DNA of 64,000 nucleotides from Eledone cirrhosa (taxonomy: Eukaryota): contig OZ024746.1 in NCBI GenBank assembly GCA_964016885.1, positions 30,566,001 to 30,630,000 on the forward strand, given 5' to 3'. Below, in pieces: positions 14,238-27,633 of this stretch. The first letter of the stretch is position 1. The number at the start of each line of letters is the position of its first letter. The notes under the pieces were generated by a model. The model was not told where the DNA came from. It did no database searches and saw nothing but the letters and a program-made list of their open reading frames with translations. The translations under genes were made by a program, and so were the position numbers.

Positions 14238-14552
14238 GCCTTTCATTACCATATTTCTAAAGACAGTGTCTATATTTTTAAAATCACTTTGAAAATAATC
14301 TAGAATTTGGAGAGATTTAATAACTAGCTTTTTCATTATCATACTGATATTTTGAACATAATTTAAATGTGACTAGACTATGGTAGTATCGGTGATTCTG
14401 GCTACAATGTGGGAAGTATTGGTGTTTGTGATGATGATACTTAATGGCTCTTACATAAAATAATCATGGAAGGTTTTTAGATAAATATAAACACTGTAAA
14501 GAGTTTTGTATCAGAACCAGGGGCAGTTTCGTGTGGCTTGGTATTAAAAGGG
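14238..14552. mobile_element. Degenerate piggyBac-like MITE
   Basis: ttaa|gcctttcattacc ... ggtattaaaaggg|ttag imperfect TIRs with TTAA-like flanks. Confidence 0.4.
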
Positions 14553-15280
14553 TTAGCTTATTAAACAGCAAACTCCCCCGTTTGTATGAATGTTCATATA
14601 TCCGCTAATCCTTGTGTAACATCGACTCCAAATATTAAATACGTTCAACGCTAATGACGTCATTATTGACGGCATGGGTCCAATAGTATTGAAATAATAA
14701 TGAAGAAGCGTCACGTTGTCTAATATTTGACAATTTAGTATTACCTAATATTTCAGAACAATTTTAAAATGTCTCAGTTATGTTGTTATTGTTGTTACTC
14801 TTTTTATTTTAGTTCTTAATGTTGTTGTTATTGTTATTGTTGTTGTTTTCTATTTTAGTTATTAATTTTGTTGTTGCTGTTGTTGTTATTGTTGTTGTTA
14901 TTGCTGCTGTTTTTATTTTAGTTTTTAATTTTGTTGTTACTATTATTCTTGTTGTTATTGTTATTATTTTATTTTATTTTTTTAATTTTAGTTCTGAATT
15001 TCGTTCTGGCTGTTGCTGTTATTGATGGTGGTGCTGTTGTTGTTATTGTTGTTTTGTAATAAAATTTGTTGTTGTTGTTATTCTAATAGTTGTTGTAGAT
15101 GTCACACACATGACAAGAATAATTTTCTTACAGTCACACTCTCCCTCTCTCTCTTTCTCTTTCTCTCTCTCTCTCTCTCTTCCTCTTTCTCTCCTTCTTT
15201 CTCTTTCTCTCTCTCTCTCTCTTGCTCTTCTCTCGCTTTCTTTCTCTCGCTCTTCCTCTTTCTCCCTCTCTTTCTCTCTT

Positions 15281-15311
<31 letters not shown>

Positions 15312-15743
15312 TTCTCCCCTCACTCTTTTTCACTCTCTATTTCTCACTCTTTTTCTCTGTCTTTCTCCCAGTTGTATCCCCCTCCTCTCTTTCTCTACCC
15401 TCTCTCTCTCTCTCCCCGACCACCAATCACTACTGTCAAAATTTTACACTGTCTCCGACGTTGGTTTAATTCAGGAGTTTACAACCGTTTTTGAGTCATC
15501 ACCCTCCTGTATAGTAAATATTTAAAAGCATAAATTCGAGATTGGCAGAGTTCCTGATAGGCACTTTTCCGAACAATAAAATGTCTAAACACCATAAAAA
15601 GTCAGATTACAACCCAGTAACAAACGGTTACCAATTTTTCTAACTCTTACAAAACAATATAAATGAACAATATTTGCATTACAAGATCCAATATTGAAAG
15701 TAATGTAAACATTAGTAACATTAAATATTTGGGCACACACACA

Positions 15744-15771
<28 letters not shown>

Positions 15772-15775
<4 letters not shown>

Positions 15776-15967
15776 CGAAGGAAGTGTGTTAAGGAACTAG
15801 GTTGACCATAACGCACCAGAGTACTCGATACTTTGGATAGTAGAGTGGGTAATAGGAAAGGAGTCAGGGGGGGCCCCGACGTCTGAGCTCGGGCCGTTTC
15901 GACAGGTAGTTAAGAACTAGCTGTCGAAACGGCCGGAGCTCAGCCGTCGGGGTCCTGACTCTTTTCC

Positions 15968-15970
<3 letters not shown>
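15772..15970 (-). mobile_element. Hairpin mini-element (family B), diverged subfamily copy
   Basis: Same tail and palindrome layout, with arms ggaaaggagtcagg.../cctgactcttttcc. Confidence 0.8.
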
Positions 15971-15999
<29 letters not shown>

Positions 16000-16559
16000 A
16001 TCATCATCATCATCATCATCATCACGACCCTTATGTCTGGTGACAGCGAAGCCGACAAAAGCAGAGAACGAACAGTGGGTGCCAAGGCGAGCAGGGCAGA
16101 GCTCAATGAAGCCGAAGGAATGCAGAGAACAAACCAACGCTCGATGCCATGGCGAGCTGGGAAGAATCCAGCAAAGCTGAAAGATGCAGAGAATGAACAA
16201 ACGGTCGGCGCCAAGACAGAGCCCAGCAAAGCCGAATGACAGGATAGGGGAGTGTTTTGAAAAAATGATTATTGCATTAAACAATTCGACAAAATAGGCA
16301 ATACAGTTGCCTTTTGACAACCACTATACTTCAGTATGGTACAAAAGCTTCACTTAATTTACTTTGTGGTGTATTTACTCAGGTGTATTTGCTGTTTTTA
16401 ATTGCTGATTATATAAACACATTAAACTTTAAATCCTCTTGTTATATAATTTTTGATATCCTGACTTGTCAAACTTGTATATATATATAAATATGCGTGC
16501 GCGCATGTGCGCGCGTGTGTGTGTGTGTGCGTAAATATAGTCATCATCATTATCAAGGC

Positions 16560-17560
16560 AGAGTTGAGAGAAAATTCGTTCAAAGAATTCGATTTGAGAT
16601 TGTTCGCATGTTTTAATAACAAACCGCAGTACATTACTAAGCCTGCCATTAATACTTTTTGCCACTAAATGCTACTGGTGAGTCACACAGTGAACTGTTA
16701 AATCAGGATGCGAAAGTTTAAGATTTAAGAAAGACGAGAAACCTCTGTATCTACCTACTATATCAGATGCACAGGCAAGAATGTTGTTCAACAAGATGTT
16801 TAGCTCATTAAAACATAGCCTCAATAAATCCAAAAGAGACGTACCTTTTGAGTCAAGCAAAAATTGATCAGTCAACAGCATCTCACAAGGCTTAATATTT
16901 CCATTAAAAATATTAACGTACACCATCATCAAGCTTTGACGCCCCACAATTGTTGATTTGTCAACTTCTATGGAAAATTCGTAACTCCGGAGATTATAGA
17001 TGAGTTGATGTTTGATGTCGGTGGTCAACTCATTTATCCCTCGAGAAATTGTTATTACTAAGTGGAATTGTCTTGATCATTGTGTCAGGCTCTTTATACA
17101 TTACAGTCGAGAGAACTGCTTCAGTAACAGGTCGACGTAATGTGTTTCCTATAGTGTGGGGCTTACCGGCTTCTGTAACCATTAACGCGATGTTGTACGA
17201 CGCATTCGTTACGTTATCCTGTTGCGGTGTTGCTTTCTAAAATTCCGCTTTTTAAACGGCTGTTCTAGCGATGAGTTTCCTCGTTTTTGTATGTAATCAA
17301 ATACACTCTCGCTTCGTCTCGATCAGAGACAACGTTGTTTTCCGAGAGCAACATTTTCGCTTTTCGAATGAGGTCCTAAGTTGTAAGAAATATGACAATG
17401 GCTTTTCCTTGTGGTCAGTAAGCTTAGAACATAAATGGTTCTTTAAGCGTGAAATTTTCATGTTACGTTGCACATAAGACAGGTAGGTAATTGCCTGCTT
17501 TAAGGAGAAACGATATACCCATAAGATAAATAACCAATACTGTATTGATGACAGGTTTTC
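16560..17560 (-). pseudogene. Decayed hAT (Buster/Charlie, ZBED5/SCAND3-like) transposase
   Basis: FSIEVDKST (cf. FSLQLDEST), GRYRGF, HCVTHQ (cf. HCxxH), upstream LPTCLMC zinc-finger remnant; stops and frameshifts; possible hAT terminus aggttgggaaatcctag at ~18291-18308. Confidence 0.75.
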
Positions 17561-18469
17561 TCAAATGGAGACACTGAGGTGTTTAAAAGTTGTATAATAC
17601 ACTAAGAAAATGGAAGGAACAATCGATAATAAAATGTTCGTTCAATAAGTTATATTGATACTCGAAGTCAGTTTTCAATAATCCACAAATACGAGAACAC
17701 AAGAGCCTTACAACCAGTTGGCGATCAATACAAACCAATAAGTTAAAATGGTTGTCTGTTTGTATGTGTATGCGCATTGAGCTGTGAACAAGGATTCTCA
17801 TATTTTGTTTGGCATTGCTGTCCGCGCCTCCTTGTCTACGGCATGTCGTCAGAGTTCTTAGAGGTCATCACTTGTGTCAAGTTTATGTGTGATCTCGGTG
17901 ATGGCGGTATTGGCGAGTTTATACTGAGGTCACTTCTTAATTTTACTGGCACTGGCAAAGTTCTTCTTGGTCTTCCCTTATCTGATTTATATCCAAAAAT
18001 GTTATTTCGTCCGAAGAACTATTTGTATGTTAATGACCTTTCTCAAAACAATAGAAAATACCAAAATGTTCATTGTTTGTAGGGTTATTTATGTTATCTA
18101 GGAATGTAACCCAGTTATTCTCGCTAAGGCTCCTGTTTATTTTTATTTTTTAAACAAGTTCATTGCACATCTCTTTTGAATACTTTTTTCGGGTAGCATA
18201 AGATGAGATAATTTCTTAATCCTCAAGACCCTATATGGCACAGCATTTTCTGTTCAGTTGCACATCGCCCACTCGTGGGCGATAATTATCCAGGTTGGGA
18301 AATCCTAGTCTATTTGTTAGTACTGAGCATTCTATATTTTTTTAATGTTCCGAGAAAAATATTACGCTTCTTGAAATACGATTGTCTGTCCTTTCTTAAT
18401 AAAGACTGTTTTACTGTTGTTGTTGTTGTTGTTATTTTTATTATTGTTATTATTATTATTATTATTAAT

Positions 18470-18692
18470 GACGGTGGATTGGCAGTACCGGTGGAGGATC
18501 GGACACATGCTTTGTAGCATAGAGTTACAGTCCTTTACAGTCTGAGTTCAAATCCCGCTGAGGTTAACTTTGCATTTCATCCTTACGGGGTGGATAAAAT
18601 AAAGTACCAGTCACGCACTGGGGTCGATTTAATCGACTTTTCCCTCCCCCAAAATTGATGCCCTTTTGCCTATATAAGAAACCGTAATTATT
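18470..18692 (+). mobile_element. tRNA-derived SINE (Meta-domain type)
   Basis: A/B boxes plus TTTCATCCTTACGGGGTGGATAAAATAAAGTACCAG core; more diverged copies at ~13868-13965, 23605-23800, 27802-28130. Confidence 0.85.
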
Positions 18693-19118
18693 ACTACACA
18701 AAATAAATTTATCACCTTAATATGTTAAGCAGATGTTCTTATTCACAGCAGTCTTTCTTTCTATAAATTCTTTCATTTTGTTGTTAGCTTATTTCTAAAT
18801 ATATTGGGGAAAAAAGGAAATTTCACTAATAATATAAATACACAAGAATGCTCTGTTGTATTTCATTCTTCCTGTTCTGCATTTCAATCGATTCAGCTTG
18901 TGTTTTTTATATCGGTTCAACCAAAATATTACTATACTCATTTCTTCTTTTATTCGTTATTTGACAGTGGTGATGCTGTAGCACCGCCTTCAATGGATTT
19001 TAGTCAATTCTGTAGAGATCAGTACTTCTTTTTTATGTCTGACGCGTATTTTATCGATCTCTTTCGATCGAACCGCTAACTTGCGAGGACATAAACAAAG
19101 TATGCACACAATACATAC

Positions 19119-20300
19119 ATGATGGCTGCAAACTCTGCTAAGAGTACTGCAATCACTTGTCGGATTATAGAGTTTGGTGCTATTCCTACTCTCTGAGCAT
19201 CGAAAACGCTACCCAAAAAGGAGAACTGGTCAACATCATTGGATGCTTCCAAAGCAGCAGGGTTTTTTTTTCAGAGTTTCCCTCTCCTAGAAAGGTGTTG
19301 TGACAACAACTGGGAACCTTTCACTCACAGTTGAAAAAAAAAACATCCTATTTGGATGGCCATTGACTCTGTTAAGTTCCCCCGCTCTTCGCCGGGTTTT
19401 GTATTTCATCCCGCAGGGTGTCCAAATATACATGGTGGCTGCCAACTCGTTTTCGAGTACGGCCACTACTTTATATCCATGTAGGGGAACCCCTCCCAAT
19501 GCGCTGAACGAGTGTGACTTTTTAGTCCAGCCAGCGACTTGAAAACTCTGGTACAAACACTACACTTGTGACAATTATTGACACAGTGCTGGGCCCATGG
19601 TACCATGTGACGACAAGGGTAGAGAGATCTCCAGATATAAAGCAATGCCTGTGCCGTGAAGCTTTTATAGTGAGCAAAGGCACTGCACAAAGCCAGTCCC
19701 ACTCTCTTAACCAAGATGATATTTACCAAAAAGAAGAACAAGTCAACATCATTGGATACCATCAGAGTTGAAGGTGTTATATCAGAGTTTTCCTTCTCCT
19801 AGAATTCTGCCTTGACAAAGGCTAAGGGGTCATCTCTCCCGGTGATTTTGGATGGCCATTGACTCTTAAGAGCTCCTTTGACATGTTTTGTTTTTAGTCC
19901 TGCAGGATGTCCAAAGTCACCATCCTCACCAAGAAACCTTGGTATACATACATACATACATACATACATACATACATACATACATACATACATGATGATG
20001 GCTGCCCTCTCGTTATCGAGTATGGCCATTGCACGATATACTATTATTAATAATTATTAATTAATTCTATTGTGCAATGCCTGTGCGTGAAGATATATTT
20101 TTAAGTGAAGAAAGACCGTGCACTGAGCCAATCCCACTCTCTGGGCGACAGTAGCTATAACCCGAAAGAAGAAAAGATCAACATCATCGGTAACTACTGA
20201 GCCGCAGGTTTTATATCGGAGTTATCCCAGTTTCCTGAGTTGCCTTCTCCTAGAAGAATGCCCTGACAAAGGCTAGGGGTGCTTCACTCCCAGTGATTTA
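19119..20300 (-). mobile_element. Head-to-tail array of three related bipartite RTE elements
   Basis: Diverged variant ~19119-19425, young 5'-truncated copy 19431-19943, diverged variant ~19992-20300; CATA-type tails at their left ends. Confidence 0.75.
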
Positions 20301-20588
20301 ACCGCGCGATCGGGTATCCAGCCCGACTATTTCTACAATCAATCCAGCATCAGCATCAGCAGGAGACGACGTCAATTATAATAGGTGGTGTGCGACGGCG
20401 CCAAGTAGGCACGGAGTAATCCCCAAAGGGAAAATGCATGTTAGAACAATGCACGTAACAAAGGATGCTCAAGGAGCAGAAATACTTAAGCACACAACTG
20501 GCAGGTTCGTAAACAAGTAAAGTTCAAGGCCGAGGGGATTATAAAAACAGAACAATGAAGTCACATATTCACTCAGACAGCAGCAACC

Positions 20589-22186
20589 ATGAACAACTTA
20601 CCAGCCACACAACAGGCAAAGAACCAATTCAACCACGCAGTATTCAACGACGAAACCAACGGCAAGCATCTAATTACCTTTCACATGGGTGTACAGGTTT
20701 GAACACCTGAAACAGATAACATGGGACGAAACACCTACTATAAACACACCCGGCAACACTCTCCTCTACGTGCAAGAAGACAGGAAGAATTATTTAATGA
20801 AGGTAATAACAAACCATCCTTCTATCGTTGTCTATCAGAAAGCAGCATACAGCAAAATCAAACATTGTCATGATATTCCATACTTCCATATAATTTCGTG
20901 GCACAAAAACCACCCCAGCAACATGCACGCATTCCAAATGCTAAAAACAATAACGAGAAACAAAGTCACCAACCCTTACCAACTAACGGCGCAAAAAATA
21001 TTCAACCCATACGGGTTTTGCCAATACTTAACCAAAGACGACAACATGAGATGGGTAGTCACAGCCAACACAAAGCCAGAAACTCATATTAAGACAACTT
21101 ACAAACAAAGACTACACACCACAGGATAATGAATCCGATGACGACGACAACAAAACTATACAAACAAACAAATCAGTACGTGGAGCAAAGTACAATTTCA
21201 TCAAAAAAATAATGAAAAGAGGCAACTCCATGGACATGGGCTATATCATCAGATATTGCAAAACAACCACGAAAGAAAAATACAAAACACAGTGGAACAA
21301 TATATACCAAAACACACCAAATTTACTTAACATAATACAAGCAGCCGCCACAGAAACAAATATAGAAACTAAGGTAACACCGATCTGGGAACAAATACAG
21401 GAAAAGACAGAGTTATTCACCAACATGGCAAATACATATCACGACGTACAAACATCTTTGGACATATATAACACATTCGAAGTCTGTCATAAGCTGAATC
21501 CAAAGAAAAATGGACTACATATAACAGGACCTTGCAACAGTGGCAAAAGCTATATTCTAAGATCTATCCGAAATGGGTTGATGAACTGTGGACGAATGCG
21601 ATGTCAGGCCTCCGATAACTTCACATTTGGAAGCTGCATCGACAAAACATTAATTTACACAGACGAAATGTGGTTCACAACCAACAATGTCGAGGAGGCA
21701 AAGTGCATACTGGAGAGCACCGACACCTATATAAACATCAAACACCAAAACGAGAGGATAATGAAACGAACACCGTCTCTGTCGACCAGTAATGTGGAAC
21801 CGTGGAAAGTCGTGACTCACGAGAAAAACGCGCTAAAAAGTAGACTCTTCTACTATGAAACAAGACGAGACATGCCCAAACTAAAGGAATGGGAACACAT
21901 TGAACTAAACCTGTTAATGTGGCTAACCATATGGAAGCCATACATAGATAAATACGTAGAAAAAGCATACCACCAAACGTACCTCACATCCAAACCCAGA
22001 CCTAGCAAACGATATAGAGTTAGCGAAACAAACAACCTATCACCAAAACTAAAGATAAAAATAGTAGAAGTAAGGCGCAACTTACAAGAACAACTACAGA
22101 CACCATCAACATCGAAAATAACGACATCCACACCCATAAAAACAGCGTGCGCATACGACTTAGATCAACTAGCACAGCGTGTGTAG
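20589..22186 (+). pseudogene. Endogenous parvovirus-like NS1 (HUH endonuclease + SF3 helicase), frameshifted
   Basis: ORF 20689-21129 has a degenerate HUH motif (PYFHII) and Tyr motif (QYLTK); ORF 21212-22186 has Walker A GPCNSGKS, Walker B LIYTDE, B' NIKHQ and motif C STSN; A/C-rich composition; frame change near 21060-21110. Confidence 0.85.
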
Positions 22187-22574
22187 TGCACGATGCAGAC
22201 ATGAGTGGCTGCAACATAGAAACTAGACAACCAGGAGACGAATACGAAAATACATATATACATACATTTACAAGTACAATCCATTAATGGAACAGTAAAA
22301 ATATGTAAAACATTCCAAAACTTTTGCATCTAATAACTGCATATACACATGTACAGATACTAAGCATATACACATGCACACATACAACTCAAAACATACA
22401 CATACAATAACATTCATATCTGCACATGCATGCATGCAGACATGCATACATATCTACCTAGTTGATGATGTGTAAATTCCAATGAGTCTTGTGTCTATGT
22501 TAGAAACAGACTCTCTCTCTCTCTCTATTGGCAAAAATTTGTGAAATTATAAAACCAGAAGAACATACATACAT

Positions 22575-22737
22575 ACGGTTCCAGATAGTTCCCGACTGCC
22601 AAATTCCACATTCACAAGGTATTGGTCAACCGGAGACTATAGTAGAAAAGACTTACCCATAGTAATGCGCTGTGGAACTGAACCCAAAACCATATAGTTG
22701 CGAAACGAACTCCTTAACCACACAGCCATCCCTGTGC
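22575..22737 (-). mobile_element. tRNA-derived SINE (second family)
   Basis: Minus strand TGGCTGTGTGGTTAAG ... GGGTTCAGTTCC then ttctactatagtctccggttgacc; (TATG)n tail. Confidence 0.7.
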
Positions 22738-23219
22738 GCATAATAAAAAAAAAATTTTTTAAACTAACCAAGTCGTATGAAATTGTTTGAAATGAAAGCT
22801 TCATTAGGTGTTGAGATCGTTTATTTTAAACGAACGATTAGCTTGATGATTTTGTCAGAAATATCTAGCCGTATAAATCAGTCTTACAATTATGGATTTT
22901 GTCTAGACAGTTTTAATGAGCTGCGTTAAAACAAAATAATATCAGATGACAGAAAATACACCTACACCAACTATGGACTCCACCATACCCCAAAATATAT
23001 TACAGTGTCTTTTCATATTTACTTCTTGTTATTTAGTATTCACTCGCTATCTGTCTTGATGCTAAGTAAATAACACGCACCAAATAAGACCGGTATTATG
23101 TTATTAGTCTCAGACTTTAGGTCGGTAAAGAAATTGCATATCTTTAGATATGGCGCTCTTAAAATTACCTATGTTTCATTTTTCCCTTATATATATATTT
23201 CTTCTTCTTTTTTTTGCGA

Positions 23220-23515
23220 ACGCGTGTGGCTTAGTTGTTAGAGTGTTGGGATCAAGATCGTAAATGTATGAGTTCTAATCCCACCAGCGCGTTATGTCCT
23301 TGCACAAGACACTTTATTTGATGTTGCTATAGTTCATTCAATTGATGAAATATGGGTAGTATCTATAATTGAAAGGGTCAGCCTTGTCAGACACGGTGTC
23401 ACGCTGAATCTTCCTGAGAACTACGTTATGGGTACAGGTGTCAACCACTTACACATTAATTTCGTGAACAATCTGTACCGTGGATCGAACCACTGGAAGA
23501 CTCATCGTAGCAATC
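23220..23515 (+). mobile_element. tRNA-derived SINE (third family)
   Basis: TGGCTTAGTTGTTAGAG A-box, GAGTTCTAATCCC B-box, tgtccttgcacaagacactttat core; related fragments at ~24045-24095 and ~25370-25500 (-). Confidence 0.65.
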
Positions 23516-25538
23516 AATCGTGGTTCATTCCAATGATCCAGTAGTATAGATCCAAGTGTTCTTGGTTTGCCTCGTATTTGGTCAATAAACTTTATGACAG
23601 TAGGATTGGCAGAACTGTTAGAGCTCCATAAAAATTAACTTATCATATTTCCTTATATTTCTTTATATTCTGAGTTCAAATCCTACCGAGGTCAACTTTT
23701 ACCTTTCAACTTTTCTGGGACGATAAGATAATGTACCAGTTCTGGGGTCAAATTAAACAACTTTGAATATTGTTGGTACTGTCCCTAAATTAGAAATTAT
23801 TTATACACCAAATATTTTATGAATACACTAACATTGATCATATAACTCGCATCTAATATTAATAGACCTCCGTTGGTTATAACGACCAGAGTTCCAGTTG
23901 ATTCAGTCAACGGAAAACCTTCACTTGAAATTAACGTTTGTTGTTATTTTGTGTCTTTCCTTTGTTCTCAGAGAACAAACAAATACAAACACGAAATACA
24001 CATATATATATTTATATATATATATATATATGCATATATATGCTCGTTGTATCCTTGAACAAGGCTCTTCATTTCATGTTACACCAGTTCACTCAACTTT
24101 TTTTTATAAAAATTAGTTTCGAACTGGTGAGGAATCATGACACTTAACACCTATGAAACCAAGATACGTTCCAGCTTGGTGACACCCTAAACTTGAGACA
24201 AACCTTTAACTAAAATATTTTCTGGGCAAGTTCTTGGCTGATCGACCTAATCAGGGGACAGTTATAGACATAATTCTTTAACGCCATCACCTGACAATTG
24301 GTTACCTTTAGCAGAGTCCGCTTTGTCGTAAGTATTGGATCCAATTGTTGGAGACCCTGAAAAAGAACTTGGACACTGTATGTTTCTACTCCTTCCTGAC
24401 TAACCAGTAAACAAATCAAACTAGAAATGGGTCCTACAGCTATCAATCAATTACTATCTTCACATATGCCTGAGTATTCTATATAGATACAATTTAGGGG
24501 GAAAGGTAGAGGGTGAATACAATATTCAGCCTCTCCAACGAAGAATTAATAATACACAGTGTGTCTAGGGAACCATGTTTTATTAATTCCTACAAAACGA
24601 CTTTCTACGCCCATAACTCAACGGAATGTTAATAATTCTAAATCACTCCTTTAAGAACATACAAGCAACTTTTTCCGATAGAATTGTTGTAATCATACTT
24701 TTGACATTAATTCATTTGTCATGAAATGCGGAGAAAATCAGATTTGATATGTTTTACTTCGACTCATTGTAGGAATTCCATTCTTAAAATCAGTACTGAT
24801 TAGATATACAATGTAAAAAAATGTCAAATCCAATTTATCTGCTATGAAAAGGCGGTTGGAATCCATCATATGTTTTCGTTGATCGTTAACAGGTTGTCAG
24901 ATGAGTGGAAGAAGCCTGAGAACTACGAATAATGGAGGAAATGAAAAGCCATTTTAAGTCGTTCATTAATCTCGATTTTTCATAAGCTAAGAAGATGGAG
25001 TATTTTACTGAAAGAACTTGTCAAATCTATAGAATTGAGGACGAAACCAGTTAAAGCAGCAGACGCTTTTTTCTTTATACTTTTATGACTTTATTTATGT
25101 ATTAATTTATATCTGCTGTTTCACTCAGAGACTACATGGACGATGTTTCAACTTTGATTGATAAAAAGAATTATGGAACCAAAAACTACATTACTACACT
25201 TACTATGAAAAATATGTCTCTAGCGAGCCAACAATCATCCCTCTAATTATAGATACTAGTTGAAGACAGAATGATATATATTGTATCAAGAACTCGATAT
25301 TCTAGGTTTGGTGGAACGGACCTACATCGGCTTCGAGTATGTCGCTTCCAGGTGTTCGATCAAGGCATCTGCTTATTCATGAAATTAATATGCAAGTGAC
25401 TGAGCATTCCACAGACACATGTACCCTCAACCTCAACGTCACATTCTGGGAGATTCAATGTGACATGATTTGACAAGACTGGCCCATTAATTTAAAGGTA
25501 CAGTCCAGACAGTCTTACAGCCAATGTGTGTGTGTGTG

Positions 25539-25568
<30 letters not shown>

Positions 25569-25575
<7 letters not shown>

Positions 25576-25656
25576 GAGGGGCACCAAAGTTTCAGCTGGC
25601 TGCATCAGGTGGTGGAATCAATATATATATATATGTATTTGTATATATAGATGTGA

Positions 25657-25694
<38 letters not shown>

Positions 25695-25850
25695 TCACAT
25701 CTATATATACAAATACATATATATATTGATTCCACCACCTGATGCAGCCAGCTGAAACTTTGGTGCCCCTCCCATATTTTCTACTTAGAAATTCTTCAAT
25801 CGATTTGTTTGAATGAATACTATGGTATTTTAAACACACAATCTTATATA
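25569..25850 (+). mobile_element. Palindromic PLE-end-like element (family E): ~100-bp arms centred on (TA)n plus unique tail
   Basis: atatgggaggggcacc...gtgagtg(TA)ncactcac...ggtgcccctcccatat; contains HHR-like CTGATGCAGCCAGCTGAAAC. Confidence 0.7.
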
Positions 25851-26152
25851 AATATTTATATATATATATGAAAAAATGGGGAGAAGAATACTGCAGGTTG
25901 CACATGGATAACATGTTATAAAATGAGTCCCTCATCAGTGATTTGCCGACGATCATAGATATTTCATTGCATTAAAAATCATATATCTCACGTCGGTGCA
26001 ATAATAACTAAATTAAGTTATTAGGACAATTAAAACGCGTAAAGCGAGTGAGACAAGTAAACAACGAAGAGGAAAGCTAACCGTAGAGAGGAAGGGAACA
26101 AGCTACATAGTTATTCTGTTAGCATAAGCTAGGTGAATATATGAGCGCTTAG

Positions 26153-26205
<53 letters not shown>

Positions 26206-26457
26206 TCTTAGTTTTAATGATATTGAGTCCAAAGCTCCGATGCCAACTGTAATTATCTTCATATTATTGATCACATTCATGTAATTTCGATCTTCACTTC
26301 AGTATATGTTATTATTTGTTCAATATCTTATGAGCCCATGTTATGGTATCTTGGGATTGTTATATCAATAATCTGGTATTCACGTCAATTTCTGAGCATA
26401 ATTATAATACCAGGTCCGCTTGCTTAGTGAAGTCCCAGAATATCTTGAGTTTGTCTC

Positions 26458-26642
26458 GTGGATTGGCAGTATCGGTAGAGGGTCGGACGCCATGCTTTCC
26501 AGCACAGTTACGTCCCTTTACGATCTGAGTTCAAATCCCGCCGAGGTTGACTTTGCCTTTCATCCTTACGGGGTCGATAAAATAAAGTACCAGTAATGCA
26601 CTGGGTAATTGCTGGCCTTGTGCCTAACGTAGAAACAATTAT
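26458..26642 (+). mobile_element. tRNA-derived SINE (Meta-domain type)
   Basis: A/B boxes and GCCTTTCATCCTTACGGGGTCGATAAAATAAAGTACCAG. Confidence 0.85.
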
Positions 26643-26654
26643 ATATATATATAT

Positions 26655-27005
26655 AAACCATAACCCCTCCCCCAGGAGGGAGTCACGAATGACCATGGTT
26701 TTGTACCTAGAAAGTTCCCCCCACCCCACCCCACCGAAGTACTAGCCTGGGCAAGGTGTGTTTGTGGAAGACCTGCCGTCACCCATGCATGCCAGTCTCC
26801 CCTCTCCACGTCACGGATGTTGTCCAAGGGAAAGGTGATGGCTGATACAGCTTGGCGCCAGTGACGTCGCAACTCATATCTAAAACTGAATGAACTGGGG
26901 CAACAAGTGTTTTGCTCAACAACATACCGCACCACCCGGTCGGGGATTCGAATTGACAACCTTACGATTGTGAATTCAACGCTCTAACTACTAAGTCATG
27001 TGCAC
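26655..27005 (-). mobile_element. tRNA-headed SINE with RTE-like 3' body
   Basis: Minus strand TGACTTAGTAGTTAGAGCG ... TTCGAATCCC, ttgagcaaaacactt core, ggggaactttctaggt. Confidence 0.6.
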
Positions 27006-27137
27006 GCCGCGCGCGTGAGAGTGTGTGTCTATAGTCTTGAGTAACTTAATTGTACAATTTTATATAATATATCTGTGTTAACTAAAGTAGCAACTATTTC
27101 TTATTCATCTTCTGTGTCTTTATATTTATATACACTT

Positions 27138-27321
<184 letters not shown>

Positions 27322-27348
27322 TTATATATATATATATATATATTTATA

Positions 27349-27432
<84 letters not shown>

Positions 27433-27484
27433 CTTATAAATATATATATATATGGATATATATATGGATATATATATATATGGA

Positions 27485-27515
<31 letters not shown>

Positions 27516-27570
27516 CTTATAAATATATATATGAATATATATATATATATAGATAGATAGATAGATAGAT

Positions 27571-27633
<63 letters not shown>

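Noticed and set aside
15470-15525. Possible short terminal host exon on the minus strand (ag|GAGGGT...TGA)
   Set aside because: Only a weak acceptor and about 11 codons, with no homology support
18470-18560. tRNA genes at A/B-box sites
   Set aside because: No cloverleaf; each is followed by a shared SINE body and simple-repeat tail
24540-24960. Possible decayed Tc1/mariner remnant
   Set aside because: No clear catalytic motif or TIR pair could be read
25925-25945. Minus-strand CTGATGAGGGAC candidate hammerhead
   Set aside because: No downstream GAAA or stem III; at most a deleted remnant
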